DNA of 63,933 bases, the filler included, from Mitosporidium daphniae (lineage: Eukaryota), in the NCBI RefSeq assembly GCF_000760515.2. It is 3 parts of 3 records of this genome, joined end to end, with 100 filler letters (N's around TTAATTAATTAA, not from the genome) between each part and the next. Parts side by side here need not be neighbours in the genome. Positions count along the whole stretch, not along the records: positions 1 to 21,800 come from NW_013546141.1; 2 more parts are not named here. One strand, 5' to 3'. The translations under genes were made by a program, and so were the position numbers. Below are positions 1-11,407 of this stretch, piece by piece. The notes beneath the pieces were generated by a model that was not told the DNA's origin, made no database searches, and worked only from the letters and a program-made list of their open reading frames with translations. Every line of letters starts with the position of its first letter. Within the stretch, counting starts at the first letter, position 1.

Positions 1-193
1 ACCAGTATCCTTAAAAAAAGTTTACTTACACTGGATATCTGGGCAAAGCAGCTGCTAAATTTTTCAATTAACCATAGATTTTAGTATCTTGGTGTTATAT
101 TGGGGCTATATTGTAGACGCTACCACGAGCATTTTATTCTCACTTTAGTGTGTTGTTTTGTTATTTATGTAAACCTTTTTTAAGGATACTGGT
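1..193. mobile_element. Putative MITE (non-autonomous DNA transposon) with 25-bp terminal inverted repeats
   Basis: 1-25 ACCAGTATCCTTAAAAAAAGTTTAC is the reverse complement of 169-193 with one mismatch; AT-rich non-coding interior; TA follows the right end (194-195). The left flank is outside the window. Confidence 0.55.
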
Positions 194-817
194 TATCCAC
201 AAAAATTGAAGTTTTGATTTGAAAAAATCATTGTATTTATGTTTGTCAACAGCGTCTCAATAAGAGCGTTCAAGGGTTAGCTATTGTCCATTCTCTTTTA
301 ATTTTTCTGTTGAAAAAATGCATGAAAAACGTCGGTAACTACTTGCAAAGTCCATATTGAGACCTCGATATCTGTTTTTGTTGGATTAAATAATAATATT
401 TGCTATTAAATAAGAAAAATATTGAAAGGAGCGACCATTGTTGGGCTAGGGGATGAATACTGCATAACAATGTAAAGATCCAATATTTTACACGCCCCTA
501 AAATGAAACAACTGGCGTCAATTTCAATGATTTTCGAAAAATATAGTGCCTTAGTGAATATAACCGGCGAACTGACACTGTGACTGCCTCCCTCCAAACC
601 ACTTGGTTTAAAGAAAATCCCAAGCAAAAAAGTTTACAACTTTAAAGTCAATTATGGAGAGATTTTATCGGTACACCATACTAATTTTGGCATTCAATTA
701 TAAATAATCGAATTGCTTCGACAATAAGTGGCTAATGCTGGTAGCTTAGGACCCAGGATATAGAGGATATGTTGTATATAGACTTATGTGACTTAATGAT
801 GAGTGAATAAATAAAAT

Positions 818-3800
818 TTATAAAGCGGATAAGATTTCTAATGTTTGCTTGCATTGATCCTGAAGGTCCGGATCTGAGCTAGTCGAATTGGAGATGATAA
901 GCTTAAGAAGCAAAGATATTTCTTCAAGTAATTCTTCTGTGCTTGCAGAAGAGAAGATAGAGGGTATTGCCTGGTGGCATTTAATGATACCTATTGCTCC
1001 AACTTTGTGGAAGGAAGAGGAGCAATTTAAGGAGAGCCAGGATCGGCACCACTCCAAAAGCTGAATTCCGGTGGCAAAATCTGAACCCAGAAGCAAGAAG
1101 ATGAGTCGGTCTGCTGATTCACGAACAGCGATAGACGGGTCTTGGAGATGAAGCAAAAGTGACTTTAGAACAACTGCTTCTTTGATCGCAGTAATCTGCT
1201 CTGGAAAATCTCCAATATCTTTAGAAAAAATGGAGATCAGGAGCTCGAAGATGACTACCCTAGATTCTTCCCATGAATGGTCCATTTGTGCAATAAGGTT
1301 TTTCAGCCAGAAGGAAAACCGCCCCTCAGAAAGAGGGTAGGAGGAAAGGAAACTAAGAAGTGTATCTCGCGCTGATGTCCGGATGCCATCATTAGATGCG
1401 TGCAACATACGCTCAAAGAGAGAATCAGCCAAGTCATATGCTTCCACAATTGCCAAACGCCTGCAAGCATAGAAGCGCCGAAGGAAAGGGCCGACCCCTG
1501 CAGTGCAGATCTCGCTCTGTAACATACGTGAAAATAGATCGCGATCGGTAAAGCGAGGTGAAGAGATTATCGAACGAAGGAGACCGTCGCTCAGAAGTTT
1601 ACGATCACCTACGGCTCCTGCAAGCAGAGAAAAAGCGGCGGAGATGAGAGCAGTGGAAGAAATATCTTCTGGACGCTCCTTAACTATAAGCTTGACTGCC
1701 CTAGAAACAGCATGAGACATCAATTTATCCCCGTTTGCACTAAGGTCTTGACGATTGCGACGCCAACGCGCGTGAATACGAGTAAGTAGCCGCATACTTT
1801 CCGCAATAACAGCGTCATCATGGGATACGCTTCCATTGGAATCTCTTTCAAGGATAAGCGAGAGAAGAACAGGCCCAAGTACATCAATTGTATATCTGCT
1901 GGGGGTAGTCTCTTTTGGGGATATTGTTGCCGTGTCTAATACTTCATCGGTAGCATTTAAAAATGTCTTTGGGAGCGTCAAAGGTAGTACATCATCAGCA
2001 AGTGAAGAGATAAGTGAAAGACCAAAGCGTCCAATGATCAGGTCAATTGAGGTCTTATCTGGCGCATCCTGCTCTTTGGGAAGAAGGCGGAGCAGAGCCA
2101 AATATGCATGCTGCACTAAAGCCAAAACCAGGGCCCCCCCTGTTCCTTCTTGGAGGCGCTTTTCTTCCGTAAGCGAAGGATGAGTCCTGAGGACGCTTCC
2201 AATGCGACTCAATATTGCCCTTGCTATAGATGGTAATTCGGAATTGTCCTTATCACGATTTGCCAGCATTTTATAGAGCATAGGTAAAAGCTCATTGAGA
2301 ACTTGCGAAATAGGAAGCAACCGGGCTAGAGTACCAAAAGCACGAGGGGCACGCTGCTGACGTACCTCAACAGCCTTTTGGGCCCACTGCTCAGTGGCCT
2401 TTTCACGCGCAAGAGTCCCAGAAGAGGCCTCTACAAAAAGATATACCAGTCTAGCCACAGCTTGCGGTTCAATGTCAGAAGTAGGGGTTGCATTTGTTGT
2501 TGCAGCATGTTCCAATAATTCTGCCATCGTAAAGCTGCTTACGTGCTTTAAGAAACCACCGTGTTCATCATTCCGGGTGCGACGACCAACACAGGCGTTC
2601 TTCTCATCAAACTCATTTACAAAACGCTCAGCAGAGGTAGGCATGATAATAGTATGCACGAGTCTTGTGATCAGAGGAAGTGAGATGGAAAGGGGCCAGG
2701 AGACAAGAGCTTCTCGCAAAATTTGACGACACTGCTCACGATGTGAGAATTCTCTATTCCTGAGACCTGAGATAAGGGTTGGCCCAAGAAGACCATCCTT
2801 GAGGGTTTCGCCAGCCAAGGCTAGAAATCGTAAGGACAGGGAAGCAAGCTTGGGTCGGAGGGCTTCCGGAGATCCCATAGAAAATGGAATAATCCGATCC
2901 CTGACCAGGGGAGCCATTTTGGTGACTTCTTCACCCCATCTAGCATCATTGTGCATTCCAGGATCTGCAATTAACTGACATAGGGCATCCAAGAACGCAA
3001 CAAGTAAGCGCTCAACAAGTCTCGGGGTGGCAGAAAGGGCCTCCGTAGGAGGAAACCACCACCACAAAGACTGCTTCAATGATGGATGGCCATTTGTTGA
3101 AGATAATGCGGCAATCAATGCAAGTAGAATTTTACGCGGCAAGCGATAATTATGACCATGCCCTCCTTGAGTTATCATACTCATGGCACAGGTAACCCAA
3201 AGGTTTAGAGCGGCCTCCTGGACACTTGAATAAGCGGATATCCCTGAACGCTTACGAGCTTCTGGGACGAGCGAAATATTAGCTAAAGGCCAGAGCCATT
3301 CTTCGATGAGTGCAGAGTGTGATGTATTGCATGGATCGATGCCTTTTGCAATTACCAAAGATTTTTTCAAATACTTTTGGAGGCGTTCGAGCGCCTTTTG
3401 ACGAACCGGAAATTGGGCTTCACCTAAACTAGCCAACATAGCCTCGGAAAGAGTAGGCTGAGGAGTCAAGAGACCAGATGCAAGGTCAGTAGGAGATATC
3501 TCTGATCTGATATTGGGATTCATGAAATACCAAAGGGCTTTGGTTGCCGGTGAAAGTCGAGTTGCGAGTGAAAAAGGAATAACCCCAAGAAATCTCGAAA
3601 GAAAAGAGAGCAAATCAGAACGAAGCGAAAGGTGATGACGAGATTCTTCTTTTACAATGGTAGACTGGAGCCAGAAAAATAAAATGTTGCATATGGTGAG
3701 GGTCGCTTCTGATGAATTCTGATCTGAAGCCCGAGACACAGAGTAGTCATTTATCATGCAATCTTCGTTGGTTTTCGAATGGAGCTCTTCATCAATACGC

Positions 3801-6800
3801 TCAATTGTGGATTCATTGTCCCGAGGGCTCGACTTACTATCATATACCCAATGCTTAACGGCACGAAAAGCAATCTCTTCCACTTTAGATATTACTGGAC
3901 GAGCAATAAAGAGATCAGAGGCAGCTTCAGCAATCTTGGAAAGTGATTCGCTAAGAATAGCTGCGTCTGAGAGCCACCAGCAACTTTTCAATTCTAAAGG
4001 GATACTTTCTTCAGGAGAACTTGAGACAAAGAGTGCCACTAGCTTTATTTTTGAGCCGACTGAAAGCGAGGTTGAGGTTAGTGTTTTTTCAAAAGGCGAA
4101 GATAAGCCTAAAACAGGCTTGCTACAAGGAGATGAAACAGCGAGGACAATCTTGGACAGAAGACGTGAACCAAGAACATCGAGCGCAAGAGGAATCCAGG
4201 ACATTGGGCCCTTTTTTTGTTGCCTATTCATTATCATCGTTTTCATAATTTTCATATCTGAAATTGAAGAAAGTTCCATAAGAAGAAGGTTTCTGATTTG
4301 ATCGGAAAAGGTTTCCTCTTTTTCCCTTATTGAAAATGGAAGAAGAGCAGCTGCTCTGAAAATTGTATCAAATATACGTTTACGGTGGGTTGAAAATAGA
4401 AGTGTAAGAGCATTCAAAATTCGATCTAGGAGACCGCTCTCAAATATGACATTAAAGCGTTCAGGCGATTTTTGGTCACTCTGAATCTCAGAGCTTATGA
4501 TTAGTTGTTCATAATGGGGTTCACCATCTGCATCCAGCTTTTCGTACTCGTAATTTTTTTGCGAAAGAAGCGGAATAACAACCTGCGTAAAAATTGAAGT
4601 TAACTGGGTATCCGAAGCTTGAGTTAAATAAGGAAGCCTAATGTCAAGCCAATCTTGAGCAAGCGCATTCGGGACCAAAGACGATGCGACCTCGACACCG
4701 AAAAGAAACGATTTTTCTATGTTATTACCGCTGATATTTTTCGTCATCAATTGGATAAGAGGCGGAAACTCCAGGATAGTATCTTCGTGACTCCGAAGCT
4801 TTAAAAGTCTTGAAAGAAGTGTGATAGCTCTTGAAACAAGGCCTTTCTTTTTTTCTGAATTTTGGCGAAAAGAAGGAACTTTATGTGGATCGATTTCCTG
4901 TTCATTGGATAAATGATCATCATTTTGATCATTTTCATTTGAAGAAACATCTATGTCAACTCTAGCATTGGATATGACAAACGTATCCGCCGAATCTTCT
5001 TCTTCGTCTTCTTCATTTCCAATGAGCTTGGAGTTTGGACAAGTTTCATTTCTTTGCTTGAAGTCAATTATACCAAGAAGAGTTGTGCTAATATCATATA
5101 CCAATTGCAATGGAATTGCATGCGATGCTTGTGAAAGAAGCTCTTCAATGATATTATAAAATCCAATAACGTGGCTTGCCTTCGGAAAGGAGGCGGGCGA
5201 CTTTTTTTCCTTTGTACCACAAAGGAAATTGGCTATTGTGGCACTTGCACGCTGAAAAAGCAGAAACCAAAATGGATCTGATGGCAAATAGGAAACAATT
5301 GCAGAAATAATTTTACGTCTATTAGATGCCTGTAAAGACGAGCAGAGACGAGATGACATGGAGATTCGTCCAAAAACAAAGGAAATTAAAGCACGTGCAG
5401 CAAGATCCTTTTGAGTGGCCATTTTTTGGTAGTTCTGAAATAAGCGAGAGACACTCTCAGTCCAGTCGATTTCTTTAACACCAGAGGAGAGTAAATCTCT
5501 AAGCTCGCCAAACGTGGTAAGAAGGGCGGGGTGTCGTTTAACGAGAAGCCCAAGTGCATTAACCTGGAGAGATGCATCTGGAAATGAAAGCGCTTTGTCG
5601 ATCAANACGCCTGTGAGGATATCAGTTTCAACGTTTCTTACCGATTTTTGATGCTCCTGAGACATCAGAGTCATTACTTTAAGNATAGGTACACACAAAG
5701 ATTTTAAAGAATCTGTAGAAAGATCTCCTGTCAAGCCAGATATTGATTTAAAGCAGTTATTATCCCAGCATTCTAAAAAGAGATTTTCAAGAAGTATAGC
5801 TGGGCCTTCATTTGCTTTTGCCTTCATTAAGTGGTTAACGCAAGACTCTTTCATAAGAAGATTAAGGAGCAACGTTAAAGGTACCAGTATGCGAGCTGTT
5901 GAATTTCTTTGATCTTGGTCTGAAGAAATACATGAAATCTCCTGGGCACTCGCACACACTTGTTGAAATGAAGAACCCCATATGTTCCAAGCTGATTCAG
6001 GAGAAAGGAATGATAGGACTTTTCGACCAAGTGGAAGGAGTCCTTCTTGGAACGGACGAAGAGGTGTCCAAAGCAGGGAGCCAATTATCATGCACAATAA
6101 AAGTTCTGGATTGAGTGAATTTAGTGATACAATTCTTTCAATGCCCAAAAGCTTCTGGCGACATGTTGTCAGCGTTATTGGGAGCGAAAACGCCTCCATA
6201 AGAGTGATAGGGATTTCAAGCATTTTCCCGATGGATTGGATAGCTAAAGCTCGAATACCATCATCCTTACATCTTGCAAGGCCACCAAAAGTGAGAAGCG
6301 TTTTGTAATCATTTTTAGTTGATGAAAAATTGCTTCCCAAAATTGGAGATCGAAGGAATGAATCAAGCAGTGTCAACATAACTTTTTCTTTAGAAAACAT
6401 ACTCTTTGAATGGAGGTGAAGTGTATCAATCAAAATAGGAGTAGTCAATAAATTGAATTCAGCAAAATGTGAAGCTAATCTAAGCAGTTGAATGGATCCA
6501 GATTTTGATAGCAAATCCTTGATTTGAGCAGCATGATGTAAGAAGTATCCCTCAAAAGAGAGTAGAGTAGGATCAGAACTTTCCAAAAGCGAGATTAAAG
6601 TTTCCTGATCCTCTTCAATTGCAGTAGGATGCAATATTCTGGAGCCAATTGTTTCGATAAGCCCTTTTTTTAGCGACAAAGACATCTTCAATGCAGACAA
6701 AAAAGGTTCTCTATCTTTTCCAAGAATGACCGTTTTTGTCCAGCATAAAGAAGTCTCTTTTTTCAGCTCTTTGGAAAGGTATTCTGAAAGAATATCGACC

Positions 6801-8179
6801 AATGGAGATGATGAATCAGACGAAAATGACAGCGGGAGTGATGAAGCCGAATGCAATGACGACATTGATGCAAAAAACTTTTTCCAAAAAGATTCTTTAT
6901 CATCTGATGATGGTGAAGGTAGAAAAGGCAATATCAATTCTATTTGAAAACTTTGAGGAAGGAAATTTCCAAGGAGTTCTGGAATGGTGTCATCAAACGG
7001 ATAGTCTTTATGGGCTTGAAGTGAGTAGACCAATATGTCTAAAACGTTGCTTCTAACATCGCTTGAAGCGTGTAGTGCTGCTGGGAGCAGTGGAATAAGA
7101 ATTCGCAAAGCGTCATCAAGAACCTCCAAATCACCACCATCTAATTTCAATTGAGAAATTAGACCTTTCAAATAAAGAAACAATCGGCAAATATCGACGC
7201 ACTCTTTTCTATCGGGGAACAGGGTCAAAACAACGCGATATTGGGATTGGGGAATCGAAGATAGCCCAAGGAACCAGCAAAATAACAATGAAAGTGATTT
7301 AAGAGCCGTCTTTGTAGGCATCCTAATACTTTCATATGAAGAGAATACAACCGGTTTTGCTGGAAACGGAAGCTCGGGGAATAACTGGGCAATCATTATG
7401 AGAGCTCCTACAATAATACTCTCATCTTCAAAAGGAAGGAAATTTTTATCCCCCAAAAAAGAAGCAGATGAATACGAAACAGCCTCAAAGAGAAGCGCAA
7501 TTGAAGTGATTCTTATGGGCAATGAATTTGGGTCTTTAGACAAGTTGCAAAGAAATGCAAAAATCTTCTTTAATAAAACGTCATCTCTTGATCCATTCAA
7601 AGAAAAGCGAGTAAGGATTACCAAAACTTGAAGGTATTTTTCCAAGACATGATTTGCTTCATTTAGGGTTGCAGATTTGACCTGAGGCGCTTTTGATTTG
7701 CATAGCGTTCTAAGCGAAATGGTATCAATGATAGAGTCAAAGAGCCGAAAAATAGAATTCTTCCCCAAAGTTAAAAAATCAAAGTCAAGACACAAAGAAG
7801 AAATGCATTCAAGTGCTACCAAAATTAAGTCCTGATGTTCGTTTTGCATGGCGGTGGATACCAATCGCACGATTTTCTTTTTGTTATGAACGATCATTGG
7901 CAAAGAAATAAGAAGCGGTTCTATTTCACTCAGCCACTCATTGACAACTGCAGAAGCACCCACTTGTGCAGATAACATTTCAATGTTCCAACGGAGATGG
8001 GAAAACATCGCGCCTTTTGATGTTTGAGGGTCAATATATTGGGTTAGCTTGGGATTCAATACAGATAAAATATCAAACTGCTCCATAATCTTTCGCTTTT
8101 TGTAAAATTTATGCGCCTTTTCGTGTCGAAACAATGTGAGCTCATCGATACTCGCACTATTTTCATGGTTAAAGTCCAT
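818..8179 (-). CDS. UTP20: U3 snoRNP/SSU processome HEAT-repeat protein Utp20 (DRIM)
   Basis: 2453-aa helical ORF; C-terminal segments 'R..ARDTLLSFLSSYPL...F..WLKNLIAQMDHSWEESR..IFELL' and 'GFLKHVSSFTM' resemble Utp20; size fits. Confidence 0.8.
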   Translation of the reverse strand: MDFNHENSASIDELTLFRHEKAHKFYKKRKIMEQFDILSVLNPKLTQYIDPQTSKGAMFSHLRWNIEMLSAQVGASAVVNEWLSEIEPLLISLPMIVHNKKKIVRLVSTAMQNEHQDLILVALECISSLCLDFDFLTLGKNSIFRLFDSIIDTISLRTLCKSKAPQVKSATLNEANHVLEKYLQVLVILTRFSLNGSRDDVLLKKIFAFLCNLSKDPNSLPIRITSIALLFEAVSYSSASFLGDKNFLPFEDESIIVGALIMIAQLFPELPFPAKPVVFSSYESIRMPTKTALKSLSLLFCWFLGLSSIPQSQYRVVLTLFPDRKECVDICRLFLYLKGLISQLKLDGGDLEVLDDALRILIPLLPAALHASSDVRSNVLDILVYSLQAHKDYPFDDTIPELLGNFLPQSFQIELILPFLPSPSSDDKESFWKKFFASMSSLHSASSLPLSFSSDSSSPLVDILSEYLSKELKKETSLCWTKTVILGKDREPFLSALKMSLSLKKGLIETIGSRILHPTAIEEDQETLISLLESSDPTLLSFEGYFLHHAAQIKDLLSKSGSIQLLRLASHFAEFNLLTTPILIDTLHLHSKSMFSKEKVMLTLLDSFLRSPILGSNFSSTKNDYKTLLTFGGLARCKDDGIRALAIQSIGKMLEIPITLMEAFSLPITLTTCRQKLLGIERIVSLNSLNPELLLCMIIGSLLWTPLRPFQEGLLPLGRKVLSFLSPESAWNIWGSSFQQVCASAQEISCISSDQDQRNSTARILVPLTLLLNLLMKESCVNHLMKAKANEGPAILLENLFLECWDNNCFKSISGLTGDLSTDSLKSLCVPXLKVMTLMSQEHQKSVRNVETDILTGXLIDKALSFPDASLQVNALGLLVKRHPALLTTFGELRDLLSSGVKEIDWTESVSRLFQNYQKMATQKDLAARALISFVFGRISMSSRLCSSLQASNRRKIISAIVSYLPSDPFWFLLFQRASATIANFLCGTKEKKSPASFPKASHVIGFYNIIEELLSQASHAIPLQLVYDISTTLLGIIDFKQRNETCPNSKLIGNEEDEEEDSADTFVISNARVDIDVSSNENDQNDDHLSNEQEIDPHKVPSFRQNSEKKKGLVSRAITLLSRLLKLRSHEDTILEFPPLIQLMTKNISGNNIEKSFLFGVEVASSLVPNALAQDWLDIRLPYLTQASDTQLTSIFTQVVIPLLSQKNYEYEKLDADGEPHYEQLIISSEIQSDQKSPERFNVIFESGLLDRILNALTLLFSTHRKRIFDTIFRAAALLPFSIREKEETFSDQIRNLLLMELSSISDMKIMKTMIMNRQQKKGPMSWIPLALDVLGSRLLSKIVLAVSSPCSKPVLGLSSPFEKTLTSTSLSVGSKIKLVALFVSSSPEESIPLELKSCWWLSDAAILSESLSKIAEAASDLFIARPVISKVEEIAFRAVKHWVYDSKSSPRDNESTIERIDEELHSKTNEDCMINDYSVSRASDQNSSEATLTICNILFFWLQSTIVKEESRHHLSLRSDLLSFLSRFLGVIPFSLATRLSPATKALWYFMNPNIRSEISPTDLASGLLTPQPTLSEAMLASLGEAQFPVRQKALERLQKYLKKSLVIAKGIDPCNTSHSALIEEWLWPLANISLVPEARKRSGISAYSSVQEAALNLWVTCAMSMITQGGHGHNYRLPRKILLALIAALSSTNGHPSLKQSLWWWFPPTEALSATPRLVERLLVAFLDALCQLIADPGMHNDARWGEEVTKMAPLVRDRIIPFSMGSPEALRPKLASLSLRFLALAGETLKDGLLGPTLISGLRNREFSHREQCRQILREALVSWPLSISLPLITRLVHTIIMPTSAERFVNEFDEKNACVGRRTRNDEHGGFLKHVSSFTMAELLEHAATTNATPTSDIEPQAVARLVYLFVEASSGTLAREKATEQWAQKAVEVRQQRAPRAFGTLARLLPISQVLNELLPMLYKMLANRDKDNSELPSIARAILSRIGSVLRTHPSLTEEKRLQEGTGGALVLALVQHAYLALLRLLPKEQDAPDKTSIDLIIGRFGLSLISSLADDVLPLTLPKTFLNATDEVLDTATISPKETTPSRYTIDVLGPVLLSLILERDSNGSVSHDDAVIAESMRLLTRIHARWRRNRQDLSANGDKLMSHAVSRAVKLIVKERPEDISSTALISAAFSLLAGAVGDRKLLSDGLLRSIISSPRFTDRDLFSRMLQSEICTAGVGPFLRRFYACRRLAIVEAYDLADSLFERMLHASNDGIRTSARDTLLSFLSSYPLSEGRFSFWLKNLIAQMDHSWEESRVVIFELLISIFSKDIGDFPEQITAIKEAVVLKSLLLHLQDPSIAVRESADRLIFLLLGSDFATGIQLLEWCRSWLSLNCSSSFHKVGAIGIIKCHQAIPSIFSSASTEELLEEISLLLKLIISNSTSSDPDLQDQCKQTLEILSAL

Positions 8180-8215
8180 AAAATAAAATTAAAAAAAATT
8201 AAATTAAACTTTTAA
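8180..8215. promoter_or_regulatory. 36-bp near-pure A/T spacer between divergent UTP20 and RRP6 start codons (putative bidirectional promoter)
   Basis: AAATAAAATTAAAAAAAATTAAATTAAACTTTTAA lies directly between the two ATGs. Confidence 0.5.
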
Positions 8216-10561
8216 ATGGACCCAACAAGGTTGGCCCCTAGTTGCGTACACATTTCGTCTCCCATTGCGCCTGCGTCATCGACTCGGTTGAAGATAAATG
8301 GATATATAGACAATTTAAATTCGATTATATCTTGCATCTCAGCACTTGATCTTGAGCTACTGCTATTAACAAACGATAAAATGGCCATTCTTATTTCTGA
8401 GCTCACATCTTCATTGTGGAACAATGCCGCGTTTCTGCATGATTTGTTGATGCGATTTTTCAATGTTAATGAAAATAGACCCGTTTCTTTCTTACATAAA
8501 AAAACAGTCGAAACTTTGAGCCTCTCTTTGGAGGGCTTGTCGCCCATTGATGACCCCAAGGAGAGCAAGATCCCTGTTTTGGAGCTTTATTCAACACTCC
8601 TTGAAAAAATCGATTTTTTACTGGATTCTAGTCTTATTTATAAAGAGAATTTTTTGTCCTCCTGTAGGTCTCCCAAGGAAACTGCCCAAATAATACAACT
8701 TGGTGATGGAGGCATTGCCCTTGGTGCTTCTTTTGATCAGGCCGTCCCGAGATCGCAACTAACTTTTTATGATGCTCCATGTGATAACTCTCGAGAAGCA
8801 AAATTTTCCCCTCGTCTTGAATCCATCCAATTGGGTGCCCCGTTTTCTAAGCAAATTGAGTCTTTGTTGAGCGCAGGCGAGCCATTAGCAAAATTGGTTT
8901 CGGTGGCTCATAACTTTATCTCTATCGCCTCGGATTCGCTTAAAAATCCTAGCTATGAACGGATGGAAAAAAGACCTTTAATGATCATCGACACTGCATC
9001 TCAATTGGAAAATTTGGTGAAAATCCTTGATCAAAATTCGGTATTTGCCATTGATGTTGAATACCACTCTTTGCGATCATTTAGGGGCTTTTCGTGCTTG
9101 ATACAAATAAGCACACCAGATGAAGACATCATAATTGATGCTCTGGCTTTAAGGGAGCACTTGTTCCTATTAAACACCCCATTTGGGGATCCATCAAAGC
9201 TAAAAATTTTCCACGGATGTCGTCAAGACTTGCTTTGGCTTCAAAAGGATTTCTCGATATTTGTTGCAGGAATTTTTGACACATTTGTTGCCACAACTGC
9301 GGTTTTGTCCCTATCATTGCCATCTTTTTCATTGGCCTCGCTTGTGAGTACCTTTTGCTCGACAGAAGATTCTAAGCTAGAAATGGACAAGGAGCTTCAA
9401 CTTGCAGATTGGAGGATCCGTCCCCTTTCGCAACAAATGCTCAGATACGCTAGGGCTGATACCTATTTCCTTTTGTCTCTTTTTGTCAATTTTATTGCAA
9501 CCACAGCTTCTGACCCAACAGCCATCAAAGGATGGATTGAATGGAGCATTCGTGAAAGCTCCTCCCTAGCTCTAATCCGCTATTCACCGGAAGAAAAAAA
9601 ATCTTCTTTTGAAAGCGATCGACAAGAAGCATTGGTTAGTGCTCAAAAATCGTTAAATATACCCCTATCTGCCCCTTCGATTAGAGCATTTAATGCTCTT
9701 TGGGCATGGAGAGACACTATGGCAAGAGCCGAAGACGAATCACCTAGATATGTGCTTCCAAATTTTATGCTCATTAAAATTGCCCAAAGGGTCCCGTCAG
9801 ATTCGCAATCTGTTTTGAGTTGCTGCAACCCGGTTCCCCCTCTTGTTCGACAGCATTCTTCAGATATCGCATTTTTAATTTGGAAAGCCGCATCGTCTAT
9901 AGAAACCATTATACCTGTTTCGCAACCAACTTTGGTAAGCGAGCTTGTTAATGAAGGCAACGGCATCTATAGTGTGTTTCCAACGGAATATCAAGTCCTT
10001 ATCAGTGAAAATCTAGATCAACTCAGAAAAGAGACCGATGTTCCATCCTCTCTAATGGCTAATATACTTTCACCATGCAATTCTGTTAGTGCTAACGAGG
10101 AAATTGTTTCAAAAATAACTAAAATCAAAGAGACATTTTCTCTTGCGCCGTGGGAATTGATCGAAGACGAGAATAATCAAGAAAACGGTCCACAAAAGTC
10201 GGACATCGATAATATGTTGGTATCTGTAAATATGGATCTAGCAAATTCGTTAGAAGATTTAAGTGAAGACATCACATTAAAAAAGAAAAAACGCAAGAAA
10301 AGCAAAAAACCAGACACCTTGGAATTTATTTCTAGTGCCGTTGAGCCACAAACTGATGCTAACTCACTGCCTTTTATAGAGAATAACGAACTTACACCTA
10401 TTCCTACTTCTTTGGCATCAAAATCCTTTTCATTCCAGAATGGTGAATGTTTGAAACGAAAGTCTCGCCAATCCGACGCTATTGAAGCCCCCATTGGCTA
10501 TGTATCTCAGAGGAAAAATAGAAAACAAGTCAAGGGAGTTTCCCAATCCTTTTTAAATTAA
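8216..10561 (+). CDS. RRP6: Nuclear exosome 3'-5' exoribonuclease Rrp6 (DEDD-Y + HRDC)
   Basis: FAIDVEYHS, LIQIST, DLLWLQKDF, ADWRIRPL..QML.YARADT, HRDC motif WRD..AR.EDES..YVLPN. Confidence 0.95.
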   Translation: MDPTRLAPSCVHISSPIAPASSTRLKINGYIDNLNSIISCISALDLELLLLTNDKMAILISELTSSLWNNAAFLHDLLMRFFNVNENRPVSFLHKKTVETLSLSLEGLSPIDDPKESKIPVLELYSTLLEKIDFLLDSSLIYKENFLSSCRSPKETAQIIQLGDGGIALGASFDQAVPRSQLTFYDAPCDNSREAKFSPRLESIQLGAPFSKQIESLLSAGEPLAKLVSVAHNFISIASDSLKNPSYERMEKRPLMIIDTASQLENLVKILDQNSVFAIDVEYHSLRSFRGFSCLIQISTPDEDIIIDALALREHLFLLNTPFGDPSKLKIFHGCRQDLLWLQKDFSIFVAGIFDTFVATTAVLSLSLPSFSLASLVSTFCSTEDSKLEMDKELQLADWRIRPLSQQMLRYARADTYFLLSLFVNFIATTASDPTAIKGWIEWSIRESSSLALIRYSPEEKKSSFESDRQEALVSAQKSLNIPLSAPSIRAFNALWAWRDTMARAEDESPRYVLPNFMLIKIAQRVPSDSQSVLSCCNPVPPLVRQHSSDIAFLIWKAASSIETIIPVSQPTLVSELVNEGNGIYSVFPTEYQVLISENLDQLRKETDVPSSLMANILSPCNSVSANEEIVSKITKIKETFSLAPWELIEDENNQENGPQKSDIDNMLVSVNMDLANSLEDLSEDITLKKKKRKKSKKPDTLEFISSAVEPQTDANSLPFIENNELTPIPTSLASKSFSFQNGECLKRKSRQSDAIEAPIGYVSQRKNRKQVKGVSQSFLN

Positions 10562-10946
10562 CACTTAATAAATTTGCCAAGTATTGAGAATTTTTTTATG
10601 GATGACCACCTTATGCTGTAGGCCTTGCACCGTATTTTTACCTAGATCAACTCCAGAAACATTAACATTCCATTTTTTAATTCCAACTTTGCAAACATTG
10701 TAGCAAAGGCTTTGGATGTCGATCCAGAGCCGAAGCCCGATCTCATCCAAAGGAAGATCTTCTCTTGTGAACAAAATATTCACATGTAACTTTGATATCA
10801 AATTGCTAACAGATAGTGAATTTATATCCAAAGATACAAGAATGCTTCGAGTTGCTGTAGGATCTATTTTAGAGATCCTTTTATTGGCTGCTGAAACGAT
10901 ACACGAGTTCGGGCATGATGATGGGTCTTTATTGGCTTAAATAAAT

Positions 10947-11407
10947 CTATAATTTTCCTTGTTCTGTTTCGTAATTTTTAACCCCGACATCCAAATCTGC
11001 CTTTCCCGCGATAGGATGTTCCTGCTCTTTCGAATCTTCGACCGTCTCTTGGGCTTGAGAAAGGTTAAAGGCATTCGCCCCCCGAGGAATACTGGGAATA
11101 ATATTAGCCTATGAGACTAGTTGGGCATAACCTGTACCTTTCCTAAAAGCCACGCAACTCGAAATGTAGGCTGCGCGCCTCTTCCTAGCCAATACTTGAT
11201 ACGGTCAAAATTGAGATATATCCGCTTAGACATATCGGCAGAATCTGGGATCGGCTCATACTTGCCCAAGTTCTCGATGAACTTGGAATCTCTTCGTCGA
11301 TATGATTGGGCAACATTAATAAAAAACTCTGGAGAGTTCTTTGTCCCACCACGAGAAAGCCTCAGTTTCAACAAATGGCCTTTAGGTGGGATGGGAGGTT
11401 TGACCAT
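10947..11407 (-). CDS. MRPS16: Mitochondrial ribosomal protein bS16m; one 29-nt intron (11109-11137)
   Basis: S16 motifs LRL.R.G....P.F.I.V..S..RRD.KFIE.LG.Y.P and RIKYWL..GAQPT; splicing gives LLGK/ANIIP and a TAG at 10947. Confidence 0.85.

Noticed and set aside
196..817. Possible transposase remnant next to the MITE; ORF 406-627
   Set aside because: Frames are stop-ridden and I could not identify a convincing DDE or other motif.
1503..7631. Many 60-180 aa plus-strand ORFs within UTP20 (and similar ones inside other genes)
   Set aside because: Antisense or off-frame shadows of long coding sequences with no recognisable motifs.
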